From the NCBI GenBank assembly GCA_021799595.1, contig JAJZAF010000001.1, positions 20,328 to 84,327 of the forward strand: 64,000 nucleotides of DNA, in the 5' to 3' direction. The DNA comes from a bacterium. GTDB taxonomy: Bacteria; Patescibacteriota; Saccharimonadia; Saccharimonadales; UBA4665. Shown here one piece after another: positions 55,430 through 63,741 of the stretch. Below the pieces are notes generated by a model. It was not told where the DNA came from, ran no database searches, and was given only the letters and a program-made list of their open reading frames with translations. The position numbers and the translations under genes were made by a program. Position 1 is the first letter of the stretch. The number at the start of each line of letters is the position of its first letter.

Positions 55430-57544
55430 ATGATTAGCCAAACCGACATTGATTTTAAGCAATGGATAGAGGCTCCAGACTTTCCAAATATACAAAACGA
55501 CCGAGCCAAATACCATGCAAAAACTTTCGTAGAGCGATTATCTAGTGGCGAGTTTCCAAAGCCACTATATAACCATCAGCAGGAAGCCATTTTGCGAGTT
55601 ATTTTCCATGGCGAAAAGAAGGGCGAATGGGATAGCCTGCTCGACATTGTAACGGGCGGAGGTAAAACAGTTGTCATGGCCGCTTTAGTTGCCTACTTCT
55701 GGCAAGTGCACGGTATAGAGAAGTTCCTCGTTTTGACACCAAACACCATAGTTAGAGAACGAGTAAAAGATGACTTTGAGCCAAATAATCCAGGCTTTGC
55801 ATATAATGACTTCCCTCTATTCTTCAATTCATTTACGAACATACCTCGCAACATAGTTACAAAAGTTCTGCGAGGGCAAGGCGATGAAGCGTCTGTAAAA
55901 GATGCAAATGTAATAGTTGCTAACATCCATCAGCTTTATGAGGGTCGAGAAGCCCTTGAACTGCTACTGGCCGACAACATTACACCGAGCCTAGTTGTTT
56001 TTAATGACGAGGCGCATAACGCTTCAGCAGATAAGTACCGAGAGGTGCTAAAGCTGCTTAAACGTAAAATCCACGCACGCATAGATTTAACAGCCACACC
56101 CTTTAGGCTAGATAGACGTGACTTGGATACTTACCCGCCCGTATACGAATATCATATAGAGCAAGCTACGAGAGACGGCATAGTCAAAAATACCCTAGTA
56201 ACCAAACCGGATATAGAAAGTGTACATCTGCAAGTCGAAGAGTGGGATGAGCAGGATAACGTAGTTAGAACGTTGGAAGCCGAGGATGTACCCTGGGAGC
56301 AAATAGAAGCACAGCTAAAAAATGCAGGAGCGGTTAGGTTCGTTACGGCCAAGACCGCTCGGAAACAACAGCTTCAAATTGCTCAAACATGCTTAGAATA
56401 CCAACAAAAAGGCGTACCACTGGATGTTAATGGTCACAGGCAATGGCAGCCACTCATGCTAGTAGTAGCTCTATCGCAAAAAGATGCACAAGCTATATAC
56501 GAGACTCTGCAAAAAGCACCATTTTCTTATAAATCAGAAGAGTTGTTACTGGCACATAGTAATAGGGATGAATACGAGAATAAGAAGGCGTTTCTTTTGG
56601 GGCGAAAAAGTCCGGCAGGCTTAGAAGCTCAAGATGCCGCATTATGGAAGCAAACTCGCAAAGTGAGAGTAATAGTTGGGATAAGCATGTTGCGTGAAGG
56701 CTGGGACGTACAAACAATCAGCGTAATCTGCCTGTTCAGGAAGTTTAGTTACCAGAAAAAAGGCGACCAAATCTACACCATCTACGGACCTCAAATCATT
56801 GGACGTGGCTTACGTAAAATAAGGTCAGGAAAACAGATTGACCACTTGTTTGTTATAGACCATCCGGCCTTCAACCACGACTGGCTTTGGCAGCTCATGG
56901 CTGCTCAGCAGTATAGTAGGCCGTTAAATCCAGGCGACGATGTTGAAGATGATGTTATAGAAAAGATGGATAGTATGTTCGAAAATGAGCAACAAAATGC
57001 CGAACCGCCTGTCGGCGAAACAGGCGAAGAGCTTGATGTTGATAAAATTATGGCCAGCTTGCCCGATCTACCAGAAGTCGAGCCAATGAAAGAATGGCAG
57101 GCGTATTTTGAAGGACTAAAACTCAACACTAGGATTGCCAATGCTGTTCAGAAAATAGTTAATCTGAAAACAAAATCTGTAATATCTGCTAACACAGCAC
57201 ATGAGATACCAGACGCAGAGCTTAATAAGCCAGAACTAGTACAAAATTTATATGAGGCCGAAAACAAGAGCCGTGAGGCGATACTTGCCGAAGTTAGAGC
57301 TGATATTGATGAAGCTCCACGCCAAGCTCTCTACAGCTCATTTAGGCAAATGAATGCAGAACAACTACTCGCTATGAATAACGGGCTATCTTGGATATTC
57401 GATAAAAAGTTTGGCATAAAGCAACTTGATCATGCCACTGACGCACAACTGCTTAAACTGCATTTTGCACTACCACAAGTTTTAGAAGAATATCAAAAAC
57501 CCGAAGTGGTCTTAGGCATACTAGAAACATATGGTGCAGAGTAA
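55430..57544 (+). CDS. SF2 helicase, Type III restriction Res-subunit-like (ResIII plus helicase C), without a recognisable nuclease domain
   Basis: Motif I VTGGGKTVVMAA, motif II VVFNDEAHN, motif III DLTATP, motif VI GISMLREGWDV. The C-terminal ~200 aa are acidic and helical. Confidence 0.8.
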   Translation: MISQTDIDFKQWIEAPDFPNIQNDRAKYHAKTFVERLSSGEFPKPLYNHQQEAILRVIFHGEKKGEWDSLLDIVTGGGKTVVMAALVAYFWQVHGIEKFLVLTPNTIVRERVKDDFEPNNPGFAYNDFPLFFNSFTNIPRNIVTKVLRGQGDEASVKDANVIVANIHQLYEGREALELLLADNITPSLVVFNDEAHNASADKYREVLKLLKRKIHARIDLTATPFRLDRRDLDTYPPVYEYHIEQATRDGIVKNTLVTKPDIESVHLQVEEWDEQDNVVRTLEAEDVPWEQIEAQLKNAGAVRFVTAKTARKQQLQIAQTCLEYQQKGVPLDVNGHRQWQPLMLVVALSQKDAQAIYETLQKAPFSYKSEELLLAHSNRDEYENKKAFLLGRKSPAGLEAQDAALWKQTRKVRVIVGISMLREGWDVQTISVICLFRKFSYQKKGDQIYTIYGPQIIGRGLRKIRSGKQIDHLFVIDHPAFNHDWLWQLMAAQQYSRPLNPGDDVEDDVIEKMDSMFENEQQNAEPPVGETGEELDVDKIMASLPDLPEVEPMKEWQAYFEGLKLNTRIANAVQKIVNLKTKSVISANTAHEIPDAELNKPELVQNLYEAENKSREAILAEVRADIDEAPRQALYSSFRQMNAEQLLAMNNGLSWIFDKKFGIKQLDHATDAQLLKLHFALPQVLEEYQKPEVVLGILETYGAE

Positions 57545-57998
57545 ACGTGGCAAACTAACCAATTTAAAAAAGAGTGTAGCCACATCGGAAACATTTGACT
57601 CCTTACTTGAACGTGACTACATGTTAGAACTTGAACATAATCCAGCCGTCAAATCTTGGACAAAACAACATAAAATAAAGATCCCTTATTCAATCTTTGG
57701 TATCAGACGCAATTACTTGCCCGACTTTCTTATTACTTTCCAAAATGGCCAGCAAGAGTTACATGAAACAAAGGGGGCTGGTTTTCTAACGTGGCTGTCT
57801 ACTTATCGTAAAAGGATTGCTGGCGACCACTGGGCTAAAACGCACGGAATGAAGTATAGGTTTATAGAAAACTCTAATGGCGCTTTATTTGGCACGAACA
57901 TGGCAATTGAAAGTGCTGTTAAAGGCAAGGAATACTCCAGCATTGACGAGCTAATGGCTAAAGAAGGACCTGATGAAAAAGGCAATACTACACAATAG
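57531..57998 (+). CDS. stand-alone PD-(D/E)xK nuclease, TnsA N-terminal-domain-like
   Basis: SLLERDYMLELEHNPAVKSW, YLPDFLITF, QELHETKG and a KYRFIEN tail follow the TnsA_N pattern (E ... PDF ... E.K). It overlaps the helicase stop by 14 nt. Confidence 0.65.
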   Translation: MVQSKRGKLTNLKKSVATSETFDSLLERDYMLELEHNPAVKSWTKQHKIKIPYSIFGIRRNYLPDFLITFQNGQQELHETKGAGFLTWLSTYRKRIAGDHWAKTHGMKYRFIENSNGALFGTNMAIESAVKGKEYSSIDELMAKEGPDEKGNTTQ

Positions 57999-58683
57999 AT
58001 TGGTTTTGCTATGGGCTAATCCTACACGAGAAAAATTAAAAAAATTTTACGCATCAACTGGCATTTTTAATGATAAGGACGATGCTCAAAATCTAATAAA
58101 GTTCGGGGCTTACTTAATTTTTAATGGGCATAGACAGTCGGAGGATGAAAAGCCTTATGATAGTACTATTGGATTAAATAATTGGGTTAACAGTTTAGAG
58201 GGTTATATTTTGTTTCACGTAGGTACGGAGTATTTTTTGAAGGGAGTTTTCTTGTATAAAGGGTATGCAATAAACAAACTTAAAAAAATATACTCACTGC
58301 CAGAACCCTATAAAATTGCAAGAAATCATCGTAAACTTGACGCTTCGGAAACGCACACCTTTGGCTACTTTACCAAAAACATCACAAAAATAGTTGATTT
58401 TACTGAGTTTGACAAACAGCAAAGTTCCAAAAATAAGATATACAAAGGCAAAAAACCAGTAGGGATTATATCTACGAGGTTTAAGCACCCCAATCATGAA
58501 CAGTTACTTTATTACCTGCAGTTTTCAAGAAATAAATATCTTCATACAAGAAGAAAGATACCAGAATTTAAGGGCATAACTGATGACGTTATGGAATTGT
58601 TGAACTTTATTAGTGTCTATGTTTGTCAAAAAAATATTGAAGCACTTAGTGACTTAGAGAAAATAAGCGTTGAGAACTCTTAG
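57973..58683 (+). CDS. hypothetical protein with a HEPN-like RNxxxH motif
   Basis: 236 aa with GAAGGA 5 nt upstream of the ATG. LYYLQFSRNKYLHTRRK contains R-N-x3-H (Rx4H), the canonical HEPN active-site motif. The sequence is visibly A/T-rich. Confidence 0.35.
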   Translation: MKKAILHNRLVLLWANPTREKLKKFYASTGIFNDKDDAQNLIKFGAYLIFNGHRQSEDEKPYDSTIGLNNWVNSLEGYILFHVGTEYFLKGVFLYKGYAINKLKKIYSLPEPYKIARNHRKLDASETHTFGYFTKNITKIVDFTEFDKQQSSKNKIYKGKKPVGIISTRFKHPNHEQLLYYLQFSRNKYLHTRRKIPEFKGITDDVMELLNFISVYVCQKNIEALSDLEKISVENS

Positions 58684-58687
58684 CTAT

Positions 58688-58999
58688 ATGAGCGACGATA
58701 TAAAACCCGAAGACAAAAGAAGAATGTATAAAAGCATATTTGTAGACACTGCTAAAGCTATGGCTCTAGCGCTCATTGCGTTTGCTGTATTGCTGTGGTT
58801 TTATAAAAACCAAATTTCAGTAAGTAGCCCATCAATAATCATAGGAGTAATCGGGACTGTATTGATATTTATTGGTGGCATGATGATTAGCGATGCATTA
58901 GGTAGGTATGGGGCTAAAGGACTGCCGCAATTTACATGGGGAGCAAGAATGCAAAGCATGGGGCTGGGCTTTATAATTGTTGCTCTCTTGATCAAATAG
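58688..58999 (+). CDS. small three-TM membrane protein
   Basis: MSDDIKPEDKRRMYKS followed by three hydrophobic helices. ATG 58688 lies 4 nt after the upstream stop. The ORF also opens at TTG 58670. Confidence 0.5.
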   Translation: MSDDIKPEDKRRMYKSIFVDTAKAMALALIAFAVLLWFYKNQISVSSPSIIIGVIGTVLIFIGGMMISDALGRYGAKGLPQFTWGARMQSMGLGFIIVALLIK

Positions 59000-59231
59000 C
59001 AAGCTAAATCAGGTAGCTTGATAGGCCCTAAATGTAACTAGATTCTTCAGTTTATAATGTCCTATAGCGGATGTTTGGCATGCGTGACACATACGCCTGA
59101 CATCTGGTTGGAGCAGTTATTGAATAATCTGCTAAACAGCTGCACCAATGAGTGAAGTTCGTCTTAACCCTAGCCGATTAGCCAAATCACGAAGGTAATT
59201 GACATCAACCCGATACTCAAATGAGAGGTTC

Positions 59232-59258
59232 CTGATTGAATGGTGTAAGGGGAGCCAG
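59232..59258 (+). other. degenerate tRNA-Asn 3'-end-like sequence; tentative attR of the 10-kb element
   Basis: CTGATTGAATGGTGTAAGGGGAGCCAG aligned to CTGGTTCGAATCCAGTCCCCGGAGCCAG gives 18 matches over 28 aligned columns (one gap), including GGAGCCAG. Chance similarity cannot be excluded. Confidence 0.2.
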
Positions 59259-59356
59259 ACCAAGCACCAACAGGGCAGAACCAAAAGCATAAGTTTTTCA
59301 CAAAGTCCGAGACGTAACGTGTGGTTTTTTTAGCTTCCTTGTGATTCAATGGCTTT

Positions 59357-60511
59357 ATGGCAATCGCAGTCTCCATTAACACCGAAACCGATCCTTTCGG
59401 CATTTACAGGCAAACTCTTGACCGAGGAATGGTTTCCTATTCAGCTGGCTTTCCACATTACCCTAGAAATTTCTCACGGGATACGATTAAGGCTGGAATT
59501 ATTGCCTCGAGCGCCGAGTTACTAGCTTCGCAGTTAGAGATCAGTGCGCGTTATCAAGGTGAAAAGCACAACCCTAAGACCGGTGAAAAACCCGGAAGAA
59601 TCCATCATGAGTTTCCCGGTGTTCCCATGCACAACATGGAGAGTTATAGCACCTACAACGCTTGTGACACCACATCGCTTTTCTTAATCGCCGCGGAAGG
59701 CTTAAGACATATAGATAAGCCCACCTCAATTGACTTTATGAGACGAAGAAAAGAAAACTTGAAACGAGCAGTGGACCATGTGCTTGATTGTGTCGATGAA
59801 GATGATTTATTTTGGGAGAAACCTCCCGATCACGGCAAAGGTTACGCGCTCAAAGTCACATATTGGAAGGACTCAATCCTGCCAAATGCTAACGGTCAAA
59901 TAGAACCAGTTTATCCTGTGATATTTTCTCAGGCACAATTTATAGCAGCTCGTGGCTTATTAAGCGCAAGCCGAATCTTGGATGACTCATTTCTGGCCGA
60001 TCGATCTGATCGTATGTACAGAGCAGGTATCCAGGAGTTCATGAGACCCAGCGGCTACATAGTATACAGGGATGGCAAAGGAGAACTGCTGCAAATATCT
60101 TCTGATGAACTGCACGCTTTAGCTTATATACCCAGAACATATAAAGACTTGCTGCCACTTGATGCTATCCGCAGACGGGCTAAGGAATTAAGCACGCCAT
60201 TTGGCTTCATGTGTACACCACGTGATATTGCCGAGCAACTCTCAGACAAATACCATGGCAATGCTGTATGGATCTTTGAGCAGGCGATGATCCACTACGG
60301 AGCGACCAAGTTTGAGCTCAAGGAGGAAGCGCAGACTGCTGCTTCCGTAGCAAAGTATATCGGCGAAGGCCAGGAATTTTTAGGCGTCGACCTTGATGAG
60401 CAGGGAGATATGATTCCAGTACCCAAGGGCAATGACCGTCAGCTATGGTCAAAAGCCGCTAGCGAATATTTTATTCAACGTTCAACGCTATTAACTAACC
60501 AGTGGCTTTAA
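59357..60511 (+). CDS. GDE_C / amylo-alpha-1,6-glucosidase-like (alpha/alpha)6-barrel glycoside hydrolase
   Basis: NFSRDT, HHEFPG, YNACDTTSLFLIAAE, VTYWKDS and NAVWIFEQAMIHYG resemble the fGRDt / aDatlWf / tWmDa / vWpW motifs of this family. Confidence 0.5.
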   Translation: MAIAVSINTETDPFGIYRQTLDRGMVSYSAGFPHYPRNFSRDTIKAGIIASSAELLASQLEISARYQGEKHNPKTGEKPGRIHHEFPGVPMHNMESYSTYNACDTTSLFLIAAEGLRHIDKPTSIDFMRRRKENLKRAVDHVLDCVDEDDLFWEKPPDHGKGYALKVTYWKDSILPNANGQIEPVYPVIFSQAQFIAARGLLSASRILDDSFLADRSDRMYRAGIQEFMRPSGYIVYRDGKGELLQISSDELHALAYIPRTYKDLLPLDAIRRRAKELSTPFGFMCTPRDIAEQLSDKYHGNAVWIFEQAMIHYGATKFELKEEAQTAASVAKYIGEGQEFLGVDLDEQGDMIPVPKGNDRQLWSKAASEYFIQRSTLLTNQWL

Positions 60512-60744
60512 CAAATTAAAGTACGATGTAATCAGATACATGCCAGAAATTGTTCATAACCGGTAAGCCAAGAATGAATACCTCAGGGAAGGTATCTATT
60601 CTTAAATAGGATACCCAAACAAGGTGATAGGTTCGTCGCTGGATGTTATGTGCACCAGTACTGTATCTTTTGGCCCTGCTTCAAGCATGCTGCGCTACTT
60701 ACGCAGACAAAAGAGTTTGTGTCCTGCTTTAGGGAGCTATTTAT

Positions 60745-60770
60745 CCCCGGTCTTAAAAGACCGGGGTTTT
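60745..60770 (+). terminator. rho-independent terminator
   Basis: CCCCGGTC-ttaaaa-GACCGGGG followed by TTTT. It lies about 235 nt downstream of the preceding stop codon. Confidence 0.65.
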
Positions 60771-61075
60771 CTGGCACTTTAATAAATTAAATCCTACAAT
60801 TCAAACTAACAAAAAACATGAAGCAACTTGTTCTAATTGAGAAAAGCAAGAATATCATTCAATTAACCTAGACATGACTCCGCCTAGAATAATTGTTTCT
60901 AAAGGCTTAGGCCTTGTCTTTGCTTCTCTTTAAAAAACGCTATAACAATACAAAAAATAACAAACAGGGGCAAAGATGCTAGATACAAAAAACAATAATG
61001 TTGTTCATATTTTTACGGAGAAATTAAGCAAGGTAGTAGTATCATAATTATACTTGTATATATCAGGTTTTACAA

Positions 61076-61408
61076 ATGACGCAAATTACTGGGCAACTCA
61101 TGACTAAACAATCTTCCAGGAAAGTTAAGAATACATCTAGCTGGAAAGTAATACTTCTCGTTATCTTTTGTTCAGTTGTTACTGGACTTACAGTAAACTT
61201 CTTTAATAACCTGCACTATAGTAATCTACTGCTCCAAGCCAATAACCAGGCTGGCTCTGCTCAAACCGAATTAGGCAAAGAGCAATACGACGTTAAGTTC
61301 CTCATAAATAATAACAAAATTCAATTCAATTGTTATGATTTACGCTCTGACTACGCTAGGAATATCTGCTATATGCACGAGAACATTCCCACTAAAGCTC
61401 AATCGTAA
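61076..61408 (+). CDS. small membrane-anchored hypothetical protein
   Basis: 110-aa ORF with one TM helix (VILLVIFCSVVTGLTVNFF), in an A/T-rich context. Confidence 0.35.
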   Translation: MTQITGQLMTKQSSRKVKNTSSWKVILLVIFCSVVTGLTVNFFNNLHYSNLLLQANNQAGSAQTELGKEQYDVKFLINNNKIQFNCYDLRSDYARNICYMHENIPTKAQS

Positions 61409-61748
61409 TATATCTTAATATGCCACTCGCTACATCTAAGGACTGGGTGTAATCTGAAAGCTGAATGTGTCATACTTGGACATTTTGAGGCAGTCGACCA
61501 GCTCAGCCCTTGGTTCTAGGAAATTTCAGGCTCTGTGTTCATAGCACCCGGGCAAAACAAAAGTTATGGATACGATATAGCACCGTACATTCTTAGGTAC
61601 GACAGGAACATGGTCAACCGCCGTCTATATTGCAAAGGTCAAAAAAATCAGGGCCACAACAATAATAATTGTCGGCCAAGCTCCCAAATAAAAATCGTGG
61701 TGTGGTGATACATGATGCCTATTATGTTATGGTGTTGCTTTTAAAAAA

Positions 61749-63638
61749 CTACCTCTTTTGGCTTTTTTGACGACGAATAATTGCTCGATCAATTCCAAGA
61801 AGTACAGCAGCACCCCCCAGCCCGCCTATAACCAGCCACCAATTAATACTGTGTTGTAGTGGATCTTTGGCAACTGACATTGGGTGGGTTTGAGTACTTG
61901 TATTATTCAAGTAGCTTGCTAATGCTACGCTATTTCCTGCTCCTATCAGACCGCTATTACTGGGGTCACCTGATGTTGTATTAAGTGCTATACAATATTG
62001 ATTACTAGATTGTTGTCCTTGACCAGAAGTAGCTGCCGGGTTAAAAATAACAAGCGCAGGCAGAGTAATATTTTTGGACTCGGTCGAAGAAAGTACCGAT
62101 ACAGCATTGGAGGTTAAAGGTGCAGCTGAATCATTATACAGCCCAAGGCTACCATACCAATTGCCAAGAACATTGATAAAGAGAATACCAAACCAGCCAC
62201 TCAGATCGAATTGATCACCAAGGAAGTTAACAATATTAGCTTCTGCCAATGCATCACCACTGGTAGCATTACCGCCGACACCATTACCGGATACTATGGC
62301 ATTGCCGCTGTCGGCGCTCAACGTTATATAGTTATTGATTGTCTCGGTATTATTGCTGGTCACATTACTATTGGACGGCAAACAAACAGAAGAGCTATTG
62401 CCTCCATCGAGAAGAGCAATATTAGAATTGTCAGAGCTATTTAGTATAAAGCCGGTCCATGTTCCAGCCACATTGACAATAACAAGCAGAGCATTCGATG
62501 CAATGACCTGGCTTCCAGTCAAGTTATAGATAGTTAAGTCAGTCGTGGCGTTTCCGCTGCTAGCATTACCGCCAACACCATTATTAGTAACGAGAGCTTG
62601 GCCTGATTGGGCAAGGAGCGCAACCTGGTTATTAATCGTAAAGTTGTTATTTAAGGTTACGAGACTGGGCTTGCTCTCGCCTTGATTGGTGGGGGGAGAG
62701 TTATTCAATAATGAGTCAACAAGCTGCTGAGGGATTAATATGTTGCCGACGACATTCCCATTAACGGTAACCGTACCAATAACATTGATAAGATTAGCCA
62801 GCGCTTCAGCCGTTCCACTGGTAGCATCTCCCCCAACACCATTTGACGTTACCGATGCATTACCACTATCCGCACTCACGGTAGCGGTATTATTAATAGA
62901 AGCATTGTTCGTAGAGGAAGTATCCGTAACAGACGAGCCAGAACTAGATGATCCATTTTGTTCAGCCAGCGAGACAGGATTTATGGTAATATTACCATTC
63001 ACATTCCCGTTGACGGTGTAGGTAAACGTCAGAGGCTGGTTACTCGACGAAGTATTATTGATCTGATTAATAAGATTTAGTTCGCCTTCAGAAGACCCGC
63101 TCGTTGCATCACCACCGACATTGTTTTGTGTGACAGTAGCATTGCCTGATTGAGAATTCAAGGCATCATTATTATTAATTGTAGCTGTATTCGCACTGTT
63201 TGATGTATCGCCTGGTGTATTACTTGATGAGCTAGGGGACACAAGAGAAGAGCTAGAATTGTTAGAATTGTCATTTGTTACTGGCTGTGTCGTTGTTGAA
63301 GGGGTAGAGCTAGAAACAGGATAATTATCTAGGTTGTTGTTAGTCGGAGATGGGGAAGAAGTAGTAGTCCCTGAGGTCTCACTTGTCCCACCAGAACCGC
63401 TTTGAGCAGTTTGTGTGTTTGTTGAGTCTGTACTTACTGAAGAGTTATTTGTCGCTACATTAGATATGCAGCTGCTTGGTGTCACATTGTTAGACGACTG
63501 ACATACATTGTCTGCAAATACATACTCAGGTCGACTGACAGCCAGAGCGACAAAGATAAATAAAAGACTGCCTGCAATCGACGACTTAGTTCGAACGAGT
63601 TTCATTATAACCTTTGGGTAATTCATATCATATTTCAT
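61749..63638 (-). CDS. large S/T/N-rich surface protein with four internal repeat modules and a C-terminal TM anchor
   Basis: N-terminal signal/TM (IAGSLLFIFVALAVS). There are four modules of the type SGNA.V..N.VGG(D/N)A(T/S)SG........(I/V/Y)N. The C-terminus is WWLVIGGLGGAAVLLGI plus a basic tail RRQKSQKR. Confidence 0.7.
   Translation of the reverse strand: MKYDMNYPKVIMKLVRTKSSIAGSLLFIFVALAVSRPEYVFADNVCQSSNNVTPSSCISNVATNNSSVSTDSTNTQTAQSGSGGTSETSGTTTSSPSPTNNNLDNYPVSSSTPSTTTQPVTNDNSNNSSSSLVSPSSSSNTPGDTSNSANTATINNNDALNSQSGNATVTQNNVGGDATSGSSEGELNLINQINNTSSSNQPLTFTYTVNGNVNGNITINPVSLAEQNGSSSSGSSVTDTSSTNNASINNTATVSADSGNASVTSNGVGGDATSGTAEALANLINVIGTVTVNGNVVGNILIPQQLVDSLLNNSPPTNQGESKPSLVTLNNNFTINNQVALLAQSGQALVTNNGVGGNASSGNATTDLTIYNLTGSQVIASNALLVIVNVAGTWTGFILNSSDNSNIALLDGGNSSSVCLPSNSNVTSNNTETINNYITLSADSGNAIVSGNGVGGNATSGDALAEANIVNFLGDQFDLSGWFGILFINVLGNWYGSLGLYNDSAAPLTSNAVSVLSSTESKNITLPALVIFNPAATSGQGQQSSNQYCIALNTTSGDPSNSGLIGAGNSVALASYLNNTSTQTHPMSVAKDPLQHSINWWLVIGGLGGAAVLLGIDRAIIRRQKSQKR
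62200..63160. repeat. four divergent in-frame repeat modules (about 80-110 aa each)
   Basis: The module cores are QSGNATVTQNNVGGDATSGSSEGELNLINQI, DSGNASVTSNGVGGDATSGTAEALANLINVI, QSGQALVTNNGVGGNASSGNATTDLTIYNL and DSGNAIVSGNGVGGNATSGDALAEANIVNFL. Confidence 0.7.
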
Positions 63639-63741
63639 AAACGTCTCTCTCTATGTAATTATGTCCGCATACGAGTACTGAAGGGGTAAAATCGAGGACT
63701 GCTAGCATACCTCGTATTTCCCCCTTGAGTACTACTGAGTA

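Larger units (their letters stand above)
49052..59258. mobile_element. roughly 10-kb integrated element (serine-recombinase integrative plasmid/satellite-like). The left end is firm and the right end is tentative.
   Basis: The left boundary is the tRNA-derived repeat abutting the recombinase gene. The content is recombinase, Rep-like, SpoVG-like and a defence operon, with no housekeeping genes. The right boundary is guessed from a degenerate att-like match at 59232-59258. Confidence 0.5.

Noticed and set aside
59170-59403. 77-aa minus-strand ORF spanning the tentative attR and overlapping the start of the glycosidase gene
   Set aside because: It has no start context and overlaps a better-supported gene. 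The region is more plausibly the non-coding element boundary.
61500-61516. AGCTCAGC...TGGTTC, considered as a degenerate tRNA or alternative right end of the island
   Set aside because: It cannot be folded into a cloverleaf (no GAGC D-stem partner and no T arm). Beyond two short words it has no similarity to the 26-bp repeat.
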